Below, one piece after another: positions 7,789 to 17,026 of a stretch of DNA of 64,000 nucleotides. The DNA is from Candidatus Latescibacterota bacterium (GTDB lineage: Bacteria; Latescibacterota; UBA2968; GCA-2709665), in contig OZ220733.1 in assembly GCA_965116875.1 (NCBI GenBank), positions 4,736,001-4,800,000 of the forward strand, read 5' to 3'. Both the position numbers and the translations under genes were made by a program. The first letter of the stretch is position 1, and every line of letters starts with the position of its first letter. The notes below the pieces were generated by a model. The model was not told the origin of the DNA and did no database searches. It saw nothing but the letters and a program-made list of their open reading frames with translations.

Positions 7789-9855
7789 CTAATCGGCCGA
7801 GTCGACCGCAGCCGCACGGAAATCCGCAACCGCCCTCTTGCTGTTCGTCGACTCCCCTGATTTGAGCGCCACCAGGATCGGGTCCGGATGCGACTCCGCG
7901 ACGGCCGAAGCGTCCGCGGGGACACCGGTCTTCACGTCGACCGGTACCTCGTAGACGCCGTCGGGCTTCCAGAAATCACGCGACTCGCGTCCGGCCGTCG
8001 CGCGGGCCATAAACGCCGTCCAGATCGGCACCGCGTCACGGCCGCCCGTTATCCGCGTCTTCCTCGGGGTCTTCCGGTCGAATCCGATCCAGACACATGT
8101 TGCGAGACCCGGAGTGAAGCCGGTAAACCATGCATCCGTATGGTCGTTTGTCGTACCCGTTTTGCCCGCCGCGGGCCGAATGAATCCCCCGTCTCGGACC
8201 CCGCGGCCCGTACCTCGCAGGATTACATTCTGAAGCAATCGGATCATGACGTAAGCGTCCGCAGCGTCTATTTCGGGAACCGGCTGTACCCGGTGTTCAT
8301 ATACCACCCGCCCACCGGTGTCTTCGATCCGCCGGACGAACGCCGGATCCACGCGGACACCGTAGTTGGCGATTGTGGCATAGACCGAGGCCATTTCCAG
8401 CGGTGAAACCTCGTTCGAGCCCAGGGCGATGCTCGGATACGGGGCCAGGGGACTCCGTACCCCCAGTCGTCGGCCCATTTCCACAACCCGTTCGGGGCCG
8501 ATGAGATCCAGAACCTGCACGCTTGCCGAATTCGCGGAATTCACCAGGGCCCATGCAGCCGTCGTGATACCCAGATACCGGTCTCTGAAATTCCTGGGCA
8601 TCCATGGCTTCCCGTTTACGGTGTAGGTCCGCGGCTCATCGTCAAACAGCGAGACGGAGGAAATCTCGCCCGACGCCAGCGCCGCCATATACACGACAGG
8701 TTTGAAACCCGACCCGGGCTGGCGTCTCGCGGCCGTTGCCCGGTTGAAGTAGCTGATGAATATGTCACGGCCGCCCACCATTGCGCGCACGAATCCGGTT
8801 GCCGGTTCCAGGCTGACCAGAGCCGCCTGGATGTATTCACGCCTCTCCTCTTTGTCCGCAACCTCGTACACGCCGAACCCAAGCCGCTCATCTACAGATG
8901 CAAGTCCCTCGGCAACAGACTTTTCTGCGGATTTCTGCATGTGAAAGTTCAATGTCGTGTAGATATTCAGCGCACCAAAACTGAGTGCGGACCGTCCCCA
9001 TCGCCGCACGACCTCGTCTTTGATGATTTCAACGAAGTAAGGCGTCCGATTCCTGTCGCGCAATTGCGACGCCAGAGCCGGCGACGCGGCGAGCGCCTCG
9101 TTCAACGCGTCTGCTTCCAGGAAACCAACCGCGTGCATGCGCCTCAGAACGTGCGCGGTACGAGCCGCGGCCTGCCTGCCGCCGTCACGGAACGGATTCA
9201 ACGCACCCGGCGAGTTCGGCAGCCCGGCAAGCATGGCCGCCTCGGCCAGGCTCAGATCCGCGGCGGACTTTCCGAAAAACGTCTGCGACGCATCCTCCAC
9301 GCCGTATGCGTTGGTACCGAAGAAACTGCCGTTGATATAAATCTCCAGCAACCTGTCCTTGGCCGATTCACCGTACAGCCGCGAAAACATCGCTTCCAGT
9401 TGCACGGCCAGCAGCGCCTCACGCGCCTTCCGCAGATAGGTCTTCTCGCGTGTCAGGAACACATTCTTGACGATCTGCTGGGTAATCGTACTTCCACCCC
9501 TGACTTTCCGGAAATGTCTCAGGTTTGCCACGAACGCCCCGGCGATCCCTTTCAGACTTACGCCCCGGTGGCGGTAAAACGACTCGTCTTCGGTCGCGAT
9601 GACCGCCTTGACAAACCAGGGGCTCACCTGGTCCAGTCTCACCTGCCTGACCCGACGGTTGAACGTAAACAGCAACTCTCCGGTATCCGCGAAGATATTC
9701 ACGCCGGCCTGGCTGCTCAACGCGTCGGGGTCTGGAGGAATTCGCGGAAGGGTGGCCAACAGCCAGGCGAAGCCAAGGCCGGCGACGAGCAACGCGTCCG
9801 CCGCAAGAATCATACCGGTCCGGGTCCAGTCGTTTCGAAGCAGGTTCCGGAGCAT
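7789..9855 (-). CDS. Class A penicillin-binding protein (PBP1A family)
   Basis: N-terminal TM helix; transglycosylase EDESFYRHRG and GSTITQQ; transpeptidase SGFK, SAN and KTG. Confidence 0.92.
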   Translation of the reverse strand: MLRNLLRNDWTRTGMILAADALLVAGLGFAWLLATLPRIPPDPDALSSQAGVNIFADTGELLFTFNRRVRQVRLDQVSPWFVKAVIATEDESFYRHRGVSLKGIAGAFVANLRHFRKVRGGSTITQQIVKNVFLTREKTYLRKAREALLAVQLEAMFSRLYGESAKDRLLEIYINGSFFGTNAYGVEDASQTFFGKSAADLSLAEAAMLAGLPNSPGALNPFRDGGRQAAARTAHVLRRMHAVGFLEADALNEALAASPALASQLRDRNRTPYFVEIIKDEVVRRWGRSALSFGALNIYTTLNFHMQKSAEKSVAEGLASVDERLGFGVYEVADKEERREYIQAALVSLEPATGFVRAMVGGRDIFISYFNRATAARRQPGSGFKPVVYMAALASGEISSVSLFDDEPRTYTVNGKPWMPRNFRDRYLGITTAAWALVNSANSASVQVLDLIGPERVVEMGRRLGVRSPLAPYPSIALGSNEVSPLEMASVYATIANYGVRVDPAFVRRIEDTGGRVVYEHRVQPVPEIDAADAYVMIRLLQNVILRGTGRGVRDGGFIRPAAGKTGTTNDHTDAWFTGFTPGLATCVWIGFDRKTPRKTRITGGRDAVPIWTAFMARATAGRESRDFWKPDGVYEVPVDVKTGVPADASAVAESHPDPILVALKSGESTNSKRAVADFRAAAVDSAD

Positions 9856-10697
9856 CAGGGCCGACCTCCCGAATCGTCGAAGAGTGCGTCAATTTCCCCG
9901 GATTCCACGTTGAACCTGACGGAGGCGCGTTCCGGATCGACGTAAACCAACTCTCCGTGGAACGTTCCAAGCCCGCTTTGAATCAGAATCTGGCTGACGC
10001 GACCCGACCGGAATTCTTCCATCAGACGCTTCCGCTCATCCGATTGGAATTGTTCAACGAAGTCCCTTTCCAGCCGCTCGCGCACGTCCGTTCGGATGGA
10101 GTCAGCGACGTCCGCGGTGTCGGCTTCGCCGTGACGTTCGGCCTCGCCCGCGTGCCGGTACAGGGCATCGACTCGATTCCGTATCCGAACACGGAATCGT
10201 ACGTCCGGCAAGATTGCCAGCTTCAGGAGAGACAACCCCAGATTGAATGCGCGAACGCTCTTCAGCAACTCGCGGGTTTCCCGACCCTTGTTCCGTAAGC
10301 GTTCCGTACGCCAGACCGCGATAAAGGAAGGCATACCGGACTCCGGCACGCGGTCCACGTTGAACCGGGCATCAGCCACGGCATCCGGCAGACCGCCGGC
10401 CACGGGTGTTTCCACTGTCTGCAACGAATCCCGTACCTGGGCCCGCGCGTCCAGCCGCTTCCATAGAGCGCCGGACGTGGCGCGCCCTGCATTGTTCCGG
10501 TCCAGCTCCTCGCCCACCCATATCGCAATGCAGTTCGTCCGGTATTCCAGGTACGCGAACAGTGCGCCCGCCGTTCCCACCAACGCCACACCGGCGGCGG
10601 TGTACAGCAGTTTCCTGAATCTCAAGGGTGAGAATTCACCATCGTCTGCCCGCCGGGACCGACAGATGCGCCGATATGCGCGTACCAGGAGATTCAT
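9855..10697 (-). CDS. Hypothetical membrane-anchored protein
   Basis: 280 aa with a single TM (LLYTAAGVALVGTAGALFAYL); its stop overlaps the PBP start (TGATG). Confidence 0.7.
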   Translation of the reverse strand: MNLLVRAYRRICRSRRADDGEFSPLRFRKLLYTAAGVALVGTAGALFAYLEYRTNCIAIWVGEELDRNNAGRATSGALWKRLDARAQVRDSLQTVETPVAGGLPDAVADARFNVDRVPESGMPSFIAVWRTERLRNKGRETRELLKSVRAFNLGLSLLKLAILPDVRFRVRIRNRVDALYRHAGEAERHGEADTADVADSIRTDVRERLERDFVEQFQSDERKRLMEEFRSGRVSQILIQSGLGTFHGELVYVDPERASVRFNVESGEIDALFDDSGGRP

Positions 10698-10779
10698 CGT
10701 GACCCGATGCCGTCAAAAAAATCCCGAAACAGCGCGCCTGCTGCTGTAACGGGATCGGTGGGCGGATACCGGCAGAAGA

Positions 10780-11802
10780 TCAGGCGGCAATGCCCTCCAT
10801 CTCCGGGACATATCTGCCATCGCGTGCGGCGCCGTTGCAGCTTGCCCTGTGAAGGAACACTCTCTGTGCCGCCGCCACGTTTGTGGCCTGCCCGTTCCAG
10901 GCGGCGCGGGCGGGGTCCTGTAGCGCCCTGCCGTACGAATAGCTGAGTTCCCAGGGAGATCCGCCAAGCCGATTCATGGCATTGAGGTGCAGCGTGGAAA
11001 GCTCCGGGCTCTGTCCCCCGGAAAGAAACACCACACCTGGAATCGAGGCGGGAACCGTACGACGAAGGCACCGCACGGTCGCTTCAGCCACTTCCTCAAC
11101 GCCTGCCTGCGCCGGACAATCGACGCCGGAAAGGACCATACTGGCTTTCAGCAATGTGCCTTCCAGATTGACCCGGTGTTCTCCCAATTCCGAAAATACG
11201 CTGCGCAATACCCGTTCTGTTACTTCCTCGCACCGTTCGATGGTGTGACCCCCGTCCATCAGAACTTCCGGTTCCACGATTGGTACCAGCCCCGCTTCCT
11301 GACACAGGGCGGCATAACGGGCGAGGGCGTGGGAATTGGCGTGGATGCACCCCCGCGTTGGAATCCCGTCGCCAATAGCAATGGCGGCGCGCCATTTCGC
11401 GAACCTGGCGCCCCGCTCACGATATGCGTCCAGGCGCGCGCGGAGCCCGTCCAGCCCTTCGGTTATCTGTTCGCCCGGAAAGCCGGCCAGCGGGACCAGC
11501 CCTGCATCCGCCTTGATTCCGGGAATCATACCCCGATCCGACAGCAACCGTGGAAACGGAACACGGCCGTTCGCGGACGAATTCAGCGTCTCTTCGTAAA
11601 GAATGACGCCGCTGATGTAGTCCGACAGATCCGGTGTTGTGAACAACATTTCACGATACGCCCTTCGGGATTCGGCCGTGGGTTCCAGGCCAATGTCCGC
11701 GAATCGCTTCGTGATCGTCCCCATACTCTCGTCCGCCGCCAGAATTCCTCTCCCCGCAGGTACAAGTGCGCGAGCCGTGGCTTCGATTTCCCCTCTTGAC
11801 AT
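10780..11802 (-). CDS. Fructose-bisphosphate aldolase class I (eukaryote-like)
   Basis: GILAADES, FAKWR, VPIVEPEV, GTLLKASM (Schiff-base Lys), FLSGGQ, SYGRALQ. Confidence 0.95.
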   Translation of the reverse strand: MSRGEIEATARALVPAGRGILAADESMGTITKRFADIGLEPTAESRRAYREMLFTTPDLSDYISGVILYEETLNSSANGRVPFPRLLSDRGMIPGIKADAGLVPLAGFPGEQITEGLDGLRARLDAYRERGARFAKWRAAIAIGDGIPTRGCIHANSHALARYAALCQEAGLVPIVEPEVLMDGGHTIERCEEVTERVLRSVFSELGEHRVNLEGTLLKASMVLSGVDCPAQAGVEEVAEATVRCLRRTVPASIPGVVFLSGGQSPELSTLHLNAMNRLGGSPWELSYSYGRALQDPARAAWNGQATNVAAAQRVFLHRASCNGAARDGRYVPEMEGIAA

Positions 11803-11896
11803 CGTTTACGACCTCATCTCCGGGTGTTGTTTTTCCAACTGTCCTTCGCATCGTAGAATATACCCTTTAATCTGCGGATGTCCAGCAGATTCCGGT

Positions 11897-12853
11897 CTAC
11901 AGGCAAGAATTGCCGTCTGTGGCCCCGCTTGCCGATTCGGCTGTCTCCAGGGTCCAGACGTCGTTATACACGACGCTGCCCGCGATGGACCCGCTGTACC
12001 CCCCGAGCAGCCAGATCATCTGTTGAAAGTCCAGACAGGGAAACGCGTGGCGCACACCCCATGGCGCCCGGCGGTGCGTCTGCCGCCATGTCAGACCGTC
12101 GGTGGAACACCAGACGTCGTTCACGTTGATGGACGGTTCGATGGCGCCTCCGGCAATCCACAACCTTCCGGCGTACACAAACGAACTGTGAAACCGCCGC
12201 GGCGCCCATCCCGCATCGACTGCCACCTGTTCCCAGGTCGCGCCGTCCGACGAACACCACACATCGTTGTAATTGACCCGACGATCGTGGTAGTTTCCTC
12301 CTCCCAGAAGCCACATCCGGTCTCCGTGTTCGATGGCAGGGAACATGGCCCGCGGCGCCCATGGCGAGCGCTCTTCGACCAACTCCCAACGATGACCGTC
12401 GTTCGAGCACCAGACGTCGCCGTAATGCGTCCTTCGCTCCCAGTTCAATCCGCCGAGAACCCAGATCCGTTCATTGTAAACAATGCAGGCGAAAGCGCCT
12501 CGGCAACCCCACGGGGCGCGTTGCGTCACGCAATCCCAACTCCGGCCGTCGGTGGAACACCAGACGTCGCCGAGTGTGTGGACTCCGTCGAATCCGCCCA
12601 TCAACCAGACCCGATCCCGCAGGACGACGCAGCCCGCGAGATTCCGGGCCGGCCATGGCGCAGCCCGCAACACGCATTCCCATGTCAGACCGTCGGCAGA
12701 ATGCCAAACGTCGTTGAGGCGCGGAAAGTTCATGGGGCCCAGCATCTGCCAGCCGCCGAAGAGCCACATGCGGTCCTTGAAAACCGCGCCCCCGGGCGAA
12801 TCTCTGCGTGGCCACGGCGCGTGTTCGGAAACACGATTCCAATTCACAGTCAT
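11897..12853 (-). CDS. Kelch-like six-bladed beta-propeller protein
   Basis: Six ~50-aa repeats APW..R......(M/I)WLxGG.....DVWCSxDG.xW. Start ATG 12853 or TTG 12907. Confidence 0.8.
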   Translation of the reverse strand: MTVNWNRVSEHAPWPRRDSPGGAVFKDRMWLFGGWQMLGPMNFPRLNDVWHSADGLTWECVLRAAPWPARNLAGCVVLRDRVWLMGGFDGVHTLGDVWCSTDGRSWDCVTQRAPWGCRGAFACIVYNERIWVLGGLNWERRTHYGDVWCSNDGHRWELVEERSPWAPRAMFPAIEHGDRMWLLGGGNYHDRRVNYNDVWCSSDGATWEQVAVDAGWAPRRFHSSFVYAGRLWIAGGAIEPSINVNDVWCSTDGLTWRQTHRRAPWGVRHAFPCLDFQQMIWLLGGYSGSIAGSVVYNDVWTLETAESASGATDGNSCL

Positions 12854-12987
12854 CCGGTACCTGTCCCTGCCGACAGACAATACGGTCTGCCGTTTTTCGT
12901 TTTCCAACGCTGCGCTTTTCCGATATATTGAACTCCGGCTGCCACTGAAGCCTGACCGGAATGTCTACCCCACAGTGTTGCGACCCT

Positions 12988-13806
12988 ATGTACAGTACGC
13001 TTGTCTACCTCGTATTCAGCCGGCTCGCCGTTGGCGGTTTGCTGTCGCTGCTGGCCGTTCCACTGGAGGCCGGTAAACGCTTTTTCAGGTTTTGCACACT
13101 CGCGTGCCTGGTGTTTCTCCTCCTGGCGCTGTGGGCGGGTCCCTTCTCCATTCTAACGCCAGCGGCGGACGCCTCCACGGTGTCTCTGCTGCCTCGCCTT
13201 CTATTGGCGGTTGGCGCCCTGATTGGATTTGTCTACCTGCTGGCTGTCGTCGCCGAACGCATACGACCGCAGAGACCGCTGCTGGCCGCCGCGGGTGCGG
13301 TTGGAACGGCCGGCCTGGTTACGGACGGATTCTTTTCGTACGCGGCCTGTTCTCCCTTTGCAGCCGGTGCGTTAACCGCAGCCAGTTACGTGATCTCCGC
13401 GCTTTTCCTCGGAAGCGTCATCTTCGCAATGATCCTGGGCCACTGGTATCTCGTGGTACCTGCGCTTCCCATACGGCCTTTGCGCAACCTCACGCAATGG
13501 ATGCTTGGCGCCACCCTGGCCAAAGCGATGCTGACCGCACTCACATTATACGTTTTCTGGACGTACGGCGACACGCAGTTGCGGGAGACGCTTCAGTCCT
13601 TCCGGGGTCTGGGCGGCCTTTTTCTGTGGGTACGTCTGCTCTTCGGGCTTCTCGGACCGCTAATCGTGGGCATTATGGTGTGGCAAACCGTCAAGATTCA
13701 CTCGACCCAGTCGGCCACGGGCCTGCTATACGTCGCCACGATTTTTGTTCTGATCGGCGAATGTGTTGCCGCCTATATCCTTTATACAACCGGGATACCG
13801 GTATAA
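12988..13806 (+). CDS. Polytopic membrane protein of unknown function
   Basis: About 8 hydrophobic segments; conserved-looking MILGHWYL and STQSATGLLY motifs. Start ATG 12988 or 12961. Confidence 0.75.
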   Translation: MYSTLVYLVFSRLAVGGLLSLLAVPLEAGKRFFRFCTLACLVFLLLALWAGPFSILTPAADASTVSLLPRLLLAVGALIGFVYLLAVVAERIRPQRPLLAAAGAVGTAGLVTDGFFSYAACSPFAAGALTAASYVISALFLGSVIFAMILGHWYLVVPALPIRPLRNLTQWMLGATLAKAMLTALTLYVFWTYGDTQLRETLQSFRGLGGLFLWVRLLFGLLGPLIVGIMVWQTVKIHSTQSATGLLYVATIFVLIGECVAAYILYTTGIPV

Positions 13807-13810
13807 TTCC

Positions 13811-14257
13811 ATGACAATCAGCTTTCGCTGTCCCGAATGTCAGGCCGCCAATAACGTCCAGGCTTCACAGACCGATACGACCTGTCAGGACTGCGGTCGT
13901 GATTTTTCATTGGCCTTCTCGAAGGAAATCCTGAAAAAAAACCGGGTGGACGTGTGCCCGCGATGCGGAAAGACCGATTTTTACGTTCAGAGAGACTTCA
14001 ACGGTAAAATCGGTCTTGGGATTGCCGTTCTTTTCGCCCTGATCGGCCTTGTATTCGTGGCGCTGGACCGCCCCGTCTATTTCTACGCCTGTCTGGCCGC
14101 CGCCGCGATTATCGACCTCGCGCTGTACCTGAGTCTGCCGGAAATTACGATTTGCTACAGCTGCAAGACTGCATTCCGCGGCGCCCGCAAGAACCCGGCG
14201 CACCAGCCATTCGATCTGCATACGGCGGACATGTACGATCATCGCGCGAAGGGATAG
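13811..14257 (+). CDS. Zinc-ribbon membrane protein
   Basis: CPEC, CQDC and CPRC, then two TM helices, then CYSC; starts 4 bp after the previous stop. Confidence 0.75.
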   Translation: MTISFRCPECQAANNVQASQTDTTCQDCGRDFSLAFSKEILKKNRVDVCPRCGKTDFYVQRDFNGKIGLGIAVLFALIGLVFVALDRPVYFYACLAAAAIIDLALYLSLPEITICYSCKTAFRGARKNPAHQPFDLHTADMYDHRAKG

Positions 14258-14304
14258 ACCGCTGTCCGCCGCGCCGGCGGCCGGTGATCAGACTGGCTCC
14301 TTCC

Positions 14305-14880
14305 TCAACCCTCCCTCTGCCGCTGAAGCAATTCGAGAAATTCCTCACGAGTTGTGCGATCCTTGAATGCGCCGCGGACGGCGGAGGTCGTCGCCCAGGC
14401 GCCCGGTTTTTCCACGCCCCGCATTTCCATACACAGGTGCCGTGCTTCAACCACCACTATGGACCCTTTCGGTGCAAGTTCCCGTTCCAGGAATTCCACA
14501 ATCTGATGGGTCATCCGCTCCTGAATCTGGGGCCGTCGGGCGTAATACTCTACGATCCGCACCAACTTGCTCAGACCCACAATCTGCGTCGTTGGAATGT
14601 AGCCCACGTGAACCCTGCCCCAGAAGGGCAGCAGATGGTGCGCGCACATCGAATAGAACGAAATATCCGTCATGGCCACCATATTGTCGAACCCGTCTTC
14701 GTTGGGAAACATCCTCACGTCGGGTTCGTTGTCTTCGTCGAGGCCCTTGAAAATTTCGAGGTACATCCGGGCGAACCGCCGCGGCGTGTCCCTCAGGTTC
14801 GGATCCTTCATATCCAGATTGAGCACCTTCATGATCTCGGAAATATGATATCCGATCCGCTCGATCCTGTCTTCCGCCAT
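14305..14880 (-). CDS. folE: GTP cyclohydrolase I
   Basis: TPRRFA, CAHHLLPF, GLSKL, RPQIQER, HLCMEMRG; GGAG RBS before ATG 14880. Confidence 0.95.
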   Translation of the reverse strand: MAEDRIERIGYHISEIMKVLNLDMKDPNLRDTPRRFARMYLEIFKGLDEDNEPDVRMFPNEDGFDNMVAMTDISFYSMCAHHLLPFWGRVHVGYIPTTQIVGLSKLVRIVEYYARRPQIQERMTHQIVEFLERELAPKGSIVVVEARHLCMEMRGVEKPGAWATTSAVRGAFKDRTTREEFLELLQRQREG

Positions 14881-14911
14881 GCCCGCTCCTCCGGATTCCA
14901 TCTATGAAACC

Positions 14912-15481
14912 TCAGTCCGACGCGCCAAAGGCCAGTCCCAGACTGAACCTTAGCGAGGAGTCCTCCTCCTGGTCGGCGATGATCATCTTGAGTTCTCCGA
15001 ACCAGAGTACGCCCGGTCCAACCCGTTTTCGGAATCCTACGGGAATATTCAGGGTAACCTTCGTGTCGTCCGGGACAGTCACATTGATCGAGTTGCCCTG
15101 CCCGCCGGTTTCTATAATATCGAACCTTGTGAGGTGTACGCCGATTCCTCCGCCCACGTATCCGTAGGTATCGCCCTCGCCGAATATGAACTGCGTTTCG
15201 CCGTTGAGCGAGTAGATCTTGAGATTGTCCTGGATCACCAGATCCACGCCCGGAACGAGATGGAGACGGGGAATGAAGATGGATCCGAAATCGACGTGCC
15301 CGCCAAGGGTCAATCTCGCGGAATCGAACTCGTATCCGATGTATTCCTCGGACTCCTGGCGCGTAAGGTCCACGCCGACCTTGACGCCAAGGCCTCGCAG
15401 GCCGAGTGCGTCCGCCGCATTGTGGCCCATCAAAAGGCAGGCGGCAATCACTCCAACACCAAAGCGTGACCAATTGCTCAT
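14912..15481 (-). CDS. Outer-membrane beta-barrel-like protein
   Basis: Signal peptide (MSNWSRFGVGVIAACLLMGHNAADA); alternating Gly/aromatic strands, YVGGGIG, RFSLGLAF near the end. Confidence 0.68.
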   Translation of the reverse strand: MSNWSRFGVGVIAACLLMGHNAADALGLRGLGVKVGVDLTRQESEEYIGYEFDSARLTLGGHVDFGSIFIPRLHLVPGVDLVIQDNLKIYSLNGETQFIFGEGDTYGYVGGGIGVHLTRFDIIETGGQGNSINVTVPDDTKVTLNIPVGFRKRVGPGVLWFGELKMIIADQEEDSSLRFSLGLAFGASD

Positions 15482-15561
15482 AGGGTTACCCCCTCGTCTC
15501 TGTGAGTGCCCGGTAGCCGGATCCGTCCCGGTGATGCGGTACACGGCCCGGCATCGTGCGA

Positions 15562-16653
15562 TCATTCGTTGAAGAGAAATTTGATTACGTCTCCCTCCTG
15601 AACCGGATACTGCCTGCCTTCCGCGCGCACTCTGCCCGTTTCACGCAATCCGGCGATGCCGCCGGCGGCGAGGACATCCTGGCAGGCGGCAACTTCCGCC
15701 CTGATGAACCCACGCTCCATGTCCGTGTGAATCCTGCCGGCGGCCGCTGCTGCCCGTGTGCCTTCACGAACTTCCCAGGCCTGCAGTTTTTCGTTGGCCG
15801 TGGTGTAGAATGTAATCAGTCCCAGCAGTACGTAGCCCGCCCGAATCAGCCGGCTGACCCCCGGCTGGTCCAGGCCCAGGTCTTCGACAAAGACCTGTCG
15901 TTCGGCCTGCGGCAATTCGCCAAGTTCCGCCTCGATCTGCGCCGCAAGCGGCAGTACGTTGCCGGTGCCGACGAGGGCGCGCAGTCGGTCCGTGGCGGCG
16001 CCACCGTCAGGCAGGTCCGTCTCCGAAACGTTCGACACGTACAATACGGGTTTGGCGGTAAGAAAATTGAAAGGCGCAAGAACATTCAACTGCGCATCCG
16101 TCAGTTCCTGTTCCCGCACAGGCACCGACCGTTCCAGACCTGCGATAGCCACTCCAAGCGCTTCGTATGCATCACGTTCCGGAGCCCGCGGGTGCGAACG
16201 CAGGACTTTCCCGAGTCGGCTGGCGATTCCTTCCGCCGATTCGAGATCGGCCAGCTTGAGCTCGGTGTTGACGGTTTCGACGTCCCGCACCGGATCCACC
16301 CGGCCGTCCACGTGCGGCACATTCCCGCTTTCGTAGCAGCGTACCAGATGAATCAGCGCGTCCACTTCCCGGATCCGCGCCAGAAAACGGTTGCCCAGAC
16401 CTTCTCCACGGCTGGCTCCCCGGACCAGGCCGGCAATATCCACAAAGTGAACGAACGAGGGTATGCAGGCTTCAGGGTGGAGCAATTCATTCAGCCGCTG
16501 AAGACGCTCGTCGGGCACCTCCACAACGCCGACATTCGGCTCGACGGTACAGAAAGGATAGTTCGACGCTTCAACGCCGGCCCTGGTCAGCGCATTGAAC
16601 AGGGTCGACTTCCCCACGTTTGGCAGGCCGATAATGCCGATATGGAGGGCCAT
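15562..16653 (-). CDS. ychF: Redox-regulated ATPase YchF
   Basis: GLPNVGKST, NYPFCTVEPN, DIAGLV, GEGLGN.FL, TGS domain. Confidence 0.95.
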   Translation of the reverse strand: MALHIGIIGLPNVGKSTLFNALTRAGVEASNYPFCTVEPNVGVVEVPDERLQRLNELLHPEACIPSFVHFVDIAGLVRGASRGEGLGNRFLARIREVDALIHLVRCYESGNVPHVDGRVDPVRDVETVNTELKLADLESAEGIASRLGKVLRSHPRAPERDAYEALGVAIAGLERSVPVREQELTDAQLNVLAPFNFLTAKPVLYVSNVSETDLPDGGAATDRLRALVGTGNVLPLAAQIEAELGELPQAERQVFVEDLGLDQPGVSRLIRAGYVLLGLITFYTTANEKLQAWEVREGTRAAAAAGRIHTDMERGFIRAEVAACQDVLAAGGIAGLRETGRVRAEGRQYPVQEGDVIKFLFNE

Positions 16654-16753
16654 ACTCGCTGCCCGGATGCGGCAGACGCGTGTGCGCCAGAAAATAGAAA
16701 CAGCCAGCGGCTAGACGTAAACCACTGGCCGACAGAACCTTGACCGCCTAAAG

Positions 16754-17020
16754 CTAAAGACCGCCACTAATGGCGGTAACAAAGTGTACCTCGCTCTTCT
16801 CTTCGACCCTCTGGCGCATTCCGTCGTTGCCGACAACGCCGTCGATGGCAACAGCCAGACCGGGCTTGATACGGCCATCTTCGCAGATTCGCTCCCCGAT
16901 TCCCGGGAACCGCGCTTCAAGGTTTTCAATAACCTCCCGTATGGTCTCTCCGGGAACCTGAACCTGCTCCTGACCGTCGGCGAGACCGCGCAGAAGGGAC
17001 GGTATCCAGACCTCCGGCAT
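16754..17020 (-). CDS. MoaD/ThiS family sulfur-carrier-like protein
   Basis: 88-aa beta-grasp pattern ending AISGGL*; last gene of the Mo-hydroxylase operon. Confidence 0.85.
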   Translation of the reverse strand: MPEVWIPSLLRGLADGQEQVQVPGETIREVIENLEARFPGIGERICEDGRIKPGLAVAIDGVVGNDGMRQRVEEKSEVHFVTAISGGL

Positions 17021-17026
17021 GGCTGC

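Noticed and set aside
11950-12720. Regularly spaced DNA repeats resembling a CRISPR array
   Set aside because: The ~150-nt period is in frame with protein repeats, the repeats are degenerate at codon positions, and no cas genes are present.
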